DNA of 64,000 bases from Saccostrea cucullata (Eukaryota), in contig NW_026938891.1 in the NCBI RefSeq assembly GCF_032062105.1, forward strand, positions 186,001 to 250,000, read 5' to 3'. This document shows, in pieces, positions 1 to 12,053 of this stretch (its first letter is position 1; the number at the start of each line of letters is the position of its first letter). Below the pieces are notes generated by a model. It did not search any database and was not told where the DNA came from. It worked only from the letters and a program-made list of their open reading frames with translations. The position numbers were made by a program, and so were the translations under genes.

Positions 1-747
1 CAGAAGTGAAATTGTGATTTGTGACCGAAGAAATTATGATAAGTCCTATACAGGTTTGTTATAAGGTTAATCACGAACAAATTTTTTTCATCGTACATTG
101 GTGATTAACACAACGCATTGGTGACAAGGATCATTTTCACTTGTTAGTTATGCATGCGTTTCATGGCCGGGGGTGTGCCCCCAATAGTTCTGCCGATAAA
201 TAGATTACACATTTGTGAATTAATCTATCCTATCATTTCAGAAAATTTGTTTAAACTAACATTTTATATACAAAAATCCACCCCACTATCTATATATTTA
301 ACAAGGTTGATTTTTACACATCGAATGTAGAGTAGATTTATAAAACGTTTGTTTTAGGTAATTTTTCGAATTGTTGGTATAGATTTTATCACAGATATGA
401 CATTGAAAGATAGTTTATGAGAAAAAAGTCGAAAAGGCCCAATTAAGGGTCTATATCGAAAGGGGGGGGGGTTCCTGTCCTCAAGCACATGTGTTCTTTT
501 TTTTTGTTGTTGCTTGTCAAAGAAGTTCTGGTACTTCAAAATGCCCCTCCAACTGAAAATATATGGCTGTGCTCCCTCCCCCAACTGAAAATTACTTCCT
601 ACAGGCCTGCGTTATATCATCTTGCACCCCCCCCCCACCACCAAAAAAAAGGTTAACCTGTTATCTATGTTGAAGTTATTTTTCTTTCATAAACATTTTT
701 CTATGTTTCTCTTATGATAATACGGCACATTTTATAGTTAATGAAAA

Positions 748-1615
748 ACATAGGTAATCAAAGATTACGAAGCTCACCTCGACGAATGTTAATGCAAATC
801 TCACATAATATTTTCTTAATAGTTGGTATTTATCCCGACAACAATATTCTTGCAAGTTCTGTTTAACCCCTTACATGGCACATACACATTTCTAAGCGTC
901 TAGTGTGAAAAACATGTATAGTGTAAACAAATATTCATAACTTTGTTAATACTGCCGATACCAACTTCAAGTTCTTTGGGATTGATCTGTTCCAAAAACT
1001 TTAACCTGGTCTCTTGTTTGGGAAAATATAGGTCAAATCTAGCAGCCGAAGCAAGTCTGGTAGTTTCCATCCTTAGATGCATTATCCATGCAAGTTTGAT
1101 CCGGGTATGGCTTAAAGTTACTTGGAAATGAAAATATAGATCAGATCCAGCATCCACAGCAAGTCTGGTAGTGTCCATCCCTAGATGCATCATCCATGCA
1201 AGTTTGGTTTGGGTACGGCTTATAGTTCGGAATGGACCTGCTCCAAAAACTTTAACCTGGTCACTCATCTGGAAAATGTAGGTCAGATCCAGCATCCGAA
1301 GCAAGTCTGGTAGTGTCCATCCCTAGATGCATCATGCATGCAAGTTTGGTCCGAGTAGGCCTTATAGTTCTTTGGAAATGGACCTGCTCCAAAAACTTTA
1401 ACTTGGTAACTCATCTGGAAAATGTACGTCAGATCCAGCATCTGAAGCAAGTCTGGTAGTGTCCATTCCTAGATGCATCATGCATGCAAGTTTGGTTCAG
1501 GTATGGCTTACATGTATAGTTACTTGGGAATGGACTTGCTCCTAAAACTTTAACCTGGGACGCCAACGCCAGGGGTATAGCATAAGCTCATCTCGACTTC
1601 GTCAAGGTGAGCTAA
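748..1615. mobile_element. Helentron-associated non-autonomous element (HINE-like) carrying about 146-bp tandem units
   Basis: Start acataggtaatc..agctcacctcgacgaa; internal aaaatgtaggtcagatccagcatc repeats; acgcc microsatellite; terminal hairpin agctca..cttcg..ggtgagct then a-run; same family at 15923-17360. Confidence 0.7.
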
Positions 1616-1686
1616 AAATGGTTGCAAAAGCAAATCAATATATTTATTAATGCAAGTCCCCTATTGATCTTATACAGTACTGTATA

Positions 1687-1901
1687 CTGTAGATCACTAA
1701 ATTTTCGCAACACTTTATTTTCGCAAGATACATATTTAGTCTCTATAAGCGAGACAAAATTTTCACAAATTGTGATTACTGCTACATATAATCTCTAGGT
1801 GTATTAATATCCACGAGTGATACTACAGTATTTTTTGCAAGCACAATGTCTGGTGTAATTAAGTGAAAATAAAGGTCACTCAAATAAAAAGTGATTTACA
1901 G
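1687..1901. mobile_element. about 210-bp TA-flanked MITE (CTGTA..TACAG)
   Basis: ta|ctgtagatcact..agtgatttacag|ta; sister copy 24209-24416; empty site seen in the local duplicate near 2150. Confidence 0.8.
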
Positions 1902-4172
1902 TATCTAACAACATCTTGCTTCAACAAACCACAACAGGAGAGTTTTGGTTCAATTCTACAGAGGATAAAACATGGATACAGTATTTATTTAATCTTTCTT
2001 TATGGAAAGAAAGATCTTTCTTCATTCTTCCCATTCCATCTTGATATTCACATTACATATAAATGAATGAAAAAAAGGTTGAGAAAGCGACATCAATATA
2101 TTTATTCAATGCAAGTCCCTTTATTTACTTTTAATCATATACAGTACTGTATATCTAACAACATTTTGCTTAACAAACCATGCCATAAACAAAAGAGTAT
2201 TGGTTCTGAAGTGTCACACAATGTCACACAGAGTGTAAACTACTCGATCCATTTTGATGGATTTTCTAATACAGTAATTACCTAACTTTTTAAAATTTCT
2301 TTCTATGACTAGCTATATACATGTAAATTCAAGTGAGCACTGGATATAAAATAAACTGAATATTATTTTCAAAAATAAATTTTGTGCAAAAGCACTGGAA
2401 ATTTGTAAGGTGTATCTCTTCATTTCTGGATGTACAAGGTTTCTTAAGATGTACCCAGTAAGCTTGTTTTGATTTTATCATTGGAACAAAGTTGACAAAT
2501 TTCTTCAGACTGAAGGTAAAATGAAAATATATACCACATGGAAACAAGAGTATTCTGTATAACTAAGAATTGAAATTGGTCTAGATGTTTGGGCAAAGTA
2601 CACATGCAACTGAAATTGTATAAATTTTTAAGACAACAACGAGACAGAAAGCTTCCTTCAGCCTTTGTTAACTAAAACTACAAAATACCCTGCATTTTGT
2701 ATTGTTCGCAAAAGAAAAAGTAAGGAAAATTAAGCACTTCAAACCTGCTCTACTGAAAATTTGGTATTTAAAATGTTTTGGAGAATATATTATTAAACAA
2801 GATTTTTCGTACATATTTTTATGTAATTCTTTGTGAGGCCAAGGAATCTTGAATGTAAATTTTATGTCTAGGAATGCTTCCTTGTGGTTGTTCAGCTACA
2901 GAAGTTTACCAAGTAACAAGTGGACTTGAGCAGATAATAAATGGACGTCTGACTAAAGTGACTCAATTGAATCAAAACTTTTACACAACCAGCACAAATG
3001 GCAAAAGCATAAGTTTATTCCAGCCTTGGGCACACAGGAGCTGAGATTTTTTTTTGTTTCAATAAAAGTAACTGTGAGCTAATAACTGAAATACTGTTAA
3101 AACAAAATGAAACTGAAGAGCAACAAATTCTATCAAGCAATAGAACTATTTAAACCTTATGATAAAACTGACAAGATGAAAAATAAAATCATTGGTCTTA
3201 AAAATTGAGCAATGAATAACAAATTACAAATGATAAACATTTTTCTCTGGATTTTACATTCTAGCCACTTAACTACCCGTATTTCTCATTTTAAAAATCT
3301 AAGACTAGCTTCATACTGCAGGAATAATTTTGAGAGATTAACATCGATGTTAAAGTTTGCTACATCATATAAAAAAAAATAAGATTCTGCAACTAAGATG
3401 TACATTTGCGTTTCATTTTCTTTAGAAGTATATAAGCATTTCTACACAGTGATCTACTGAAAAATACATGTGGTTAAATATTGCCGACTTTATAAGTCAT
3501 TATTGATGCAGAGTATTTCCTTTTGCCAACCCTTATGTTGTAGTTGGATTAATGCAATATTCATAATGATTTATTTACAAGCTGTTACATTTTACCCTGA
3601 ATTATAAACTGACAAGGACATGGAAGCTTTGCTAATGTAAAATCTACAACCTGTTTTATCTACTCTACTATAATGACATTGGAAACTGATTGCAAATCTT
3701 AAATAAAAAAAGTTTCTGATTATATCCACTATTGTCCCACCTCTCAGAACCTTACCAAACTATCAATATCAATAACATGAATGGCACCTTAAAGTCTACA
3801 TATACCTGATAAAATATTGAACAGTAAATAAATGATAAAATAAGGTACATATGAAAATATAAAAATGAGGTAATTAAACAAACCAATAAATCATCTGTGT
3901 AAAATGGCACAGCACAGAATTTTGACCAAAAAAAGAGAAAGTAATAAAAATGCACCATAGAATAATCTGCCAACACCAAAAGTGTGTATAAAGCATTTAA
4001 AAAAAAGCAATTGTAAAATAACTTATATAAAGAAAAAAATACAATAAAATAATATGGGAAAATTATATATATTAAGAAAGCAATAAAAATTTTAAACAAG
4101 ACAACACAGCATTTATTTCTGTTATTAACATTGCACTTGGAATCTACAACCATGTACTTGGTGGTTAAGGCT

Positions 4173-4178
4173 TTTATT
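4173..4178 (-). promoter_or_regulatory. candidate polyadenylation signal (AATAAA) of the TRP gene
   Basis: tttatt on the + strand about 36 nt past the stop codon; other AATAAA copies lie further downstream. Confidence 0.3.
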
Positions 4179-4213
4179 GGACAGGTAAATATGTAGGTGT
4201 ATGTCGACCAGTT

Positions 4214-7200
4214 TTAATAATAGGCACCATGGTTACGGGCTGCTTCTTGCACGATTAGATTCTGGTTTCCTGGTAGTCTAAGATAAGAAGACACTTCTTT
4301 CCATTTTTTCTCTTTCTATAAAATAAATATAATTATAGGGTTATTCCCCAATAAAACAAATGAATGTCACATCTGTGTTATGACAATGGTTAATTTAAGC
4401 CTTTTCCTACCAATGTTTAAACCTATAATGATGAAGTGAATTATACATACGTCCTTGATCTTTAGGTCAAGGTTATCTGGAACATGGTAGTGTATGTTCC
4501 AGACCTCCGCCTCTCTCCAGGCATTGTCAGTGTTACACGGATCATCCATGTAGCCCTTGTAAATTTGTCCTGAAGTAAACCCTGTGAAGGGGCCAGGATG
4601 GGGCTCCACAAACTGCTCAAAGAACTGAAATACAGGGAAAAATTGTCTAAAATACAAACATCATAAAATTACATCAACAACAAAATAAAACAGGAAATCT
4701 ATAGTTGGTTTATGACACTGATAAGTATGCCCTCCTTCAGATTTTCTTATTTGCATTATTCTAAAGCATACCTAAATTATTTGTTCTGTTATAACTGCAC
4801 CTAAACAATTTGCTGTTCTGTTGTTAGAATACCTCAATCAATTGTTATTCTGTTGTTACTGTACCTGAACCATTTGTTGATCTGTTGTTATGTACCAGAA
4901 TCATTTGTTGTTCTATTGTTACCATTAAACCTGAATCAACTGTCATTCTGTTGTTATTGTACCTGAATCATTTGTTGTTCTGTTGTTACTTTACCTGAAT
5001 CAGTAGTTGTTCTGTTGTTACTGTACCTGAATCATTTGTTGATCTGTTGTTACAATACCTGAATCATTTGTTGTTCTCTTATTACTGCATCTGTATCATT
5101 TGTTGTTCTGTTGTTACAATACCTGGATCATTTGTTATTCTGTTGTTACTGTACCTAATTCATTTGTTGTTCTGTTGTTACCCTACCTGAACCATTTGTT
5201 GTTCCATCATCACCATACAAGAATCATTGTTATTATGTTGTTAAATACCTGAATCATTTGTAGTTCTACATTACCTTACCTGAACCATTTGTTGTTCTGT
5301 TGTTACTTTACCTGAATCATTTGTTGTTCTGCCATAACAGAACCTGAATCAATTGTTGACCTATCATTAATGTTCTGTCATTACTGAACTGAACCTGAAT
5401 CATTGTTGTTACTTTAAATGAATCATTTGTTATGCTGTCATTAAAGTACCTGAACAATTGTTGTTCTATCATTCATGTACCTGAATCTATTGTTGTCATT
5501 AATGTACCTGCATCATTTGTTGTCCTGTTGTTACTTTTCTGAATCATTTGTTGTTCTATTGTGTTGTACAAAAATCATTTATTTTTCTGCTGTTATGTAA
5601 CTGAATCATTTGTTCTGCTCTTATCATACCTGAATCATTTGTTGTTCTGTTGTTATGTACCTGAAACATTTGTTGTTCTGCTCTTATCATATCTGAATCA
5701 TCTGCTGTTCTGTTTTTACAGGACTTGAACCATTTGTTGCTCTGTCATTAATGTACCTGAATCAATTGTGGTCACTAATGTACCTGCATCATTTCTTGTT
5801 CTGTTGTTATGTACCTGAATCATTTGTTATTCTATTGTTACCATTATACCTGAATCATTTATTGTTCTGTTGTTATGTACCTGAATCACTTGTTGTTCCT
5901 TTGTCATGTACCTGACTCATTAGTTGTTCTATTGTTACCATTATACCTGAATCATTTATTGTTCTGTTGTCATGTACCTGAATCATTTGTTGTTCTGTAC
6001 CTGAATCATTCATTGTTCTGTTCTTATCATACCTTAATAATTTTTTGTTCTGTTGTTATCTAACCTAAATCATTTGTTTTCTGTTGTTATTGTACCTGAA
6101 TCATTTGTTGTTCTATTGTTACCATACCTGAATCATTTGTTGTTCTGTTGTTACTGTACTTTGAATTATTTATTGGTCTATCATTAATGTACTTAAATCA
6201 TTTGTTCTGTTGTTACTTTACCTGAATCATTTGTTGTTCTGTTGTTAATTTACCTGAATCATTTGTTGTTCTGTTGTTAATTTACCTAAATCATTTGTTG
6301 TTCTGTTGTTACTGCACCTGAATCATTTAATGTTCTTTACCTGAATCATTTGTTTTTCTGTTCTTATACCTGAGTCATTTGTCAATCTGTTTTTATGTAC
6401 CTGAATCATTTGTTGTTCTGTTGTTAGGTACCTAAATCATTAATTTCATTGTTCTGTTATTAAGGTATCTAAATCATTTGTTGTTCTGTTGTTACAATAC
6501 CCAAATCATTTGTTATTCTGTTGTTACTGTACTTTTAAAAATAATTTGTTGTTCTTTTGTTACGGTAAATAAATCATTTGCTGTTCTGTTATTATGAACC
6601 TAAATCATTTTTGTTAACTTAATCATTTGTTGTTCTGTTATTACTGTACCTGAATCATTTGTTGTTCTGTTGTTACAGACCTGAATCATTTGTTAATCTG
6701 TCACAACAGTACTTGAATCAATTTTCGTTCTATCATTAATGTTAACATACCTGAATCATTTGATGTTCTGTTGATACTGTACTTTGAATTACTTGTTGTT
6801 CTATTATTACTGTACCTGAATCATTTGTTATTTAGTTGTTACATTACCAGAATCATTTGTAGTTTTGTCAATAATGTACCTGAATCATTTTGTTGTTCTG
6901 TTATTACTGTACCTGATTCCTTTGTTGTTCTGTTCTTATCAAACCTAAATCATTTGTTTTCCTGTTGTTTTCAGACCCGATTCATTGGTTGTTATCTTAC
7001 CAGAATCATTTATTCTCTTGTTACTGTGCCTAAATCATTTTTTGTTCTGTTGTTATGGTAACTAAAGCATTTGTTGTTCTGTTGTTAATGTACCTGAATC
7101 ATTTGTTGTTCTGTTGTTACAGTAAATAAATCATTTGTAATACTCTCTTACAGTACCTGAATCAATTGTTGTTCTATCATTTATGTACCTGAATCAATTG

Positions 7201-10200
7201 TTGTTATTTATATACCTGCATCATTTGTTGTCCTCTTGTTCTGTTCTTATTCATACCTGAATCATTTGTTGTTCTATTGTTAGCATTAAACCTAACTTAT
7301 TTGTTGTTCTGTTATTACTGTACCTCATTCATTTGTTGTTGTGTTGTTAAAGTAACTAAATCATATGTTGTTCTGTTGTTACTGTATCTGAATCATTTGT
7401 TATTCTGTTGTTACTGTACCTAAATCATTTGTTGTTCTGTTTTTACCCTACCTGAATCATTTGTTGTTCTGTTGTTACTGTTCCTGAACCATTTGTTGTC
7501 CTGTTGTTCTCGGACCTGATTTTTTGTTTTTTATCGTACCTGAATCATTTGTTATTGTGTTGTTGTTACAATACCTGAATGATTTGTTATTCTGTTGTTA
7601 CTGTACCTAAATCATCTGCTGTTCTGTTGTTATGTACCCGAATCATTTGTTGTTCTGTTGTTATATACCTAATCATTTGTTGTTCTATTGTTATGTATCT
7701 GAATCATCTGTTGTTCTGATGTTATGTACCTGAATCATTTGTTGCTCTGCTCTTATTATACCTGCATCATTTGTTGTTCTGTTGTCATCTTACCTGAATC
7801 ACTTGTTGTCCTGCTGTTACCTTATCTGAATCACTTATTGTTCTGTTGTTTCCTTACCTGAATCATTTGTTGTTCTGTTGTTATCATACCTGAATCATTT
7901 GTTGTTCTGTTGTTACCTTACCTGAATCATTTGTTGTTCTGTTGTTACAGTACCTGAATCATTTGTTGTTCTGTTGTTACAATACCTGAATCATGTGTTG
8001 TTCTTCTTGTTACGGTACATTAATCATTTGTTGTGCTGTTGTTGTCTTACCTGAATCAACTGTTGTTCTGTTGTTATTGTACCTGAATCATTTGTTGTTC
8101 TGTTATTACTGTACCTGAATCATTTGTTGTTCTGTTGCTACCATACCTGAACCATTTGTTGTTCTGTTGTTACTGTACCTGAAGCATTTGTTGTTCTGTT
8201 GTTACAATACCTGAATCATTTGTTGTCATCTTACCTGAATCATTTGTTGTTCTGTTGTTACTGTACCTGAATCACTTGTTGTTATGTTGTTTGTTGGTCT
8301 GTTGTTACAATACCTGAATCATTAATTTGTTGTTATTGTACCTGAATCATTTGTTGTTCTGTCATGTTAGGGTCAAGCTTGGTCTCAGACTCCTGGAAAA
8401 TGTTCTCCAGAAACTTCCTACAGACAGCTGAGTAGAGGGACATGTCACCATATTCCTTACCCTACAGAACACAGAACAATATAATTTCCTACAGACAGCT
8501 GAGTAGAGGGACATGTCACCATATTCCTTACCCTACAGAACACAGAACAATACAATTTCCTACAGACAGCTGAGTAGAGAGACATGACACCATACCCTAC
8601 AGAACAGAATGAAGAATAACTGGTGCATTGTTATAAAATGTCTATAAGTTCTCAAAGCTCATTCAAAATAAAACTGGATTAGGTAGCATCTGGATCACAA
8701 TTGTTCGTAGGTGAATTTTCATTTCTTATCCTGATGATCACAACTCTAAGTTGTGCTGGCTTATCAGATAGCTACAGCTGATTGCCATCTCAGGCTCCAG
8801 GGCCATAAAATTTAGACAAGCTCACTTTTGATCTCACTTTTACAAAAGGAATTAATAATAGAAAAGTGAGACTTAGATCAAAAGTGAGCTCATCTAAGAT
8901 TACACCCTGTACCTGGTTGTATTTGGGGGTTTCTTCATCTGATGTGTTTTACATGCTATTTTTTGCAGAATATGTTTATGAGTGAAACAATATGATATAG
9001 ATTCATTTATACTGACACGCAAAAGAAACGCAACAAGCAGTAATCTACAAATGTTTGATTTTTTGTCTTATGATTTTCAAAAGCGAATAAAGTACGGCTA
9101 AACTCACTGTTTATCTGTTTACTTCACTAAGTAAAATATGACTGTTAAAATACCCCCCTCCCAGCCATTCAAGTAAAACATGCAAGACTGCCCTACACAA
9201 CAATTGCAGCTTTATTTCTACGATACAATAGGTTCATTAATATCGAGATCTGAGCGAAGGAATTATTCTTTGGCATTTTTAAATGCCCGTTTTTCAGATG
9301 ATTAAGTCGAATTTTCTCTAACTGAGAGCAGTGTAGCAACCCTTTGACTTCCGGTACAAGGACTGTCCTTAATGCATTTGATACGTAAGACCCTGTTGAG
9401 GCGTAATGTAGTGAAATTTCGCATCAGCAATTCTCCATCACCTTTACATTGAAATTTTCCAGTTAGAGCAATGGAAATGCGTACATAAGCCATTTTCAAG
9501 TAGCCTTAGCATCGTTACGGGAAACGAAAGAAGAGTTGATTTTTTGAAATATTGCTGCATTACTTATGATGAACAGTAAAAAATCCCTTAAAACTCCATA
9601 ATATTGCCAAATGTTGTGTTAAACATGCAATTTTTTGATTTCTGTTAAGCAGACTCAAACTTGACTTCTGGTATGGTATGGAAATCGTTCAACCGTTAAA
9701 TTACCGATATTTACCAAATTGAAGATATTCATAATTTTAAGATACAAAATTCTTTACTTTACATAATTATTTCCCCCCTAAAGTAGTGTGTTGTGTTTCT
9801 TTTGCGTGTCAGTATATAAACAAATGGTCTACAATTTGTAAAAATATACAGAAATCAGAAAGATTCAAGAACAACATCACCATCCAAATTAGATGGAACT
9901 CCAAGACAAAGAAAATTTCCAAAATGGCTAAGTAAATGTGTATGGTTTGAATATCCCGAGTTTTGAAGGTAAGACATACATAAACTATGAGGAATTTATA
10001 ATCGTCACTACTTGCACGTATTATGATCACTTTTTTCAACCATTGAGCTAACAAAACCAATACCGACAGTCCATATAGCCCAAACTACTACACATGCAAT
10101 TTTCTTTGAACATTTCATCAAACTTACACTAGGCAGAGTGAACTCCCCTGATTCCTTCTTTTGAAATACTACGACCTCTAGGACTTTTTTGCCATCCACC

Positions 10201-12053
10201 GTGATGAAGTTCTGCTGGTTCTGACCTGTAGACAGAAATCTCTTCCATCTGGACACGACCAACATCACACAATGATTCGGCCCCCATCTCCTCAACTTCC
10301 CTCTTCCTCTCATACCAGTACGACCCATGGAATTTCTGAAATATTAATTCTACTATTGTAGAACACAGAAATCGAAAAAAAATTAAAACTTTAAGGTAAA
10401 GGCCCTAACCTTAGACGGGAGAGGTCAAACAAACATTTTTTAAAACTGATTTTACATGAAATTATATTTTAAAATTTACATTAAAGAGTGTGTCTTACAT
10501 AGGCATGTTGGAGGAGTCGAGCTCATATCGAATTGGTACACCGTCCCTGGTGATCCAAGATACTCTATTGATTTCTATGCTTTTCTCATTGATGACAAAT
10601 GTAGCTGACAGATTCCACAGGGGTTTCTGGTACCCGGTAACCGACAATAAACTGGTTCTCTCATCCTGACTCTGACTGCTGCTCTCCATACGCTGTATGA
10701 TCCTGAAAAATATATTAAGGAAGCTCCAGGGGCTGACAAATAGATTTTTCAAGCATTTGCCCACAGGCAAGTGCATGGTCAAATTTCGCTTGCCCTACTT
10801 CAATTTTTACTTGCCCCAGCACTTTATATTCATCATAATGAATTAGCTTGTCTCTAAATCGAAAAATTTTGCAGCCTAGGATTGTTGTTTTGAATATTGG
10901 TGACATTTAAAACCTCCTGCCATTAATTACTACGTACCATACAATCTTTTGATTGGTTGTATGCTGTTTTATGTCCCGTTCGAGAATTTTCCACTCATAT
11001 AGAGACATAAAATTGCTATCATATTTCAGCTATAGTCATGATATCTGTTATTTGTTTATGGACGATGTACTTATCATCAACTATCGATCGTTTTCTGCCA
11101 CATAACTGTCAAAACTTTCTCCATTTCTTCAATGCCAATTTGTCACTTTCAATTAAGTACAAATACATGTACTTAAAACTTTCGGTAAAACTTGTAATGA
11201 ATTGCATAATGATGACACAATTAAACTGGTTTGCATACAAAGTGTGACAAACAAAGGAAGATAACTCTTACAACAAAATAATTTTAATTTTGTGGAAAAC
11301 GATGACATTTTAAAAAATATTTATCGATTGATTTTTTTAAAAAGTCACTTGCCCACGGGCAAGTGCCTATTAAAAATTCACTTGCCCGCCTCTAAAATTC
11401 ACTAGCCCGGGCGTCCGGCAATGGGATTTGTCAGTCCCTGAAGCTCTAAGCACTGAACAACAAAGAGTTCTAATTCCATAGGCCAGTAGACTGATTTGCT
11501 CTCGGATATAACATATTAAGCATTTTCAACATTACAACGTACAAAACTTAAGTAGATGAATACATAATACCCGGTACAGTGTGTAGGTTGTTGGGTATGC
11601 CAGGGACTTTAACAATGTTAGAAGCCTGAGATAATTTTATCCCACGTTTTCAACAATCATCAATGCCCTGGCATACCCAACAAACTAGACAGTGATTCCT
11701 TAAATATTAAAAATGAAATTCTCAATCCATGTAATATCCATCCTACTTACTCAATAAAATCTGGATCCACCAGACTCTGTATAGATTCTCTGTATTCATC
11801 CACAGGTTTGGTGTACAGGACTGGATCATAGGTAGGATAAGGCTCCTGTATAACATATTTCACATGTTACAGTATGTCATCTTCAGATGCCTCTAACAAA
11901 AGGTTCTAAGTCTGTGCAACATGATACCTACCTCCCAGTTGACGTACTTGTCAAAGACAGGAAACCTCTGTATCTTAGTGTAGGGATACGGAGACTGACG
12001 ACTAGCAATGTGAAGGGAGGTGGCGGTCTCTAATTCTGGCCGGGCCTGGGGAT
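4214..12053 (-). CDS. NUDT9-homology (ADP-ribose hydrolase-like) domain exons of the TRP gene (7 exons)
   Basis: [75 protein letters not shown] and terminal [10 protein letters not shown], colinear with NUDT9/TRPM2 C-terminal motifs. Confidence 0.9.

Noticed and set aside
4770-8362. CRISPR-like look of the about 32-bp periodic array, and ORFs 5875-6063 and 6771-7061
   Set aside because: No unique spacers, no cas genes, eukaryotic intron; the ORFs are translations of the repeat
9302-9499. 65-aa ORF also seen at 28720-28917
   Set aside because: Shared only because both lie in copies of the same non-autonomous transposon; no transposase motifs
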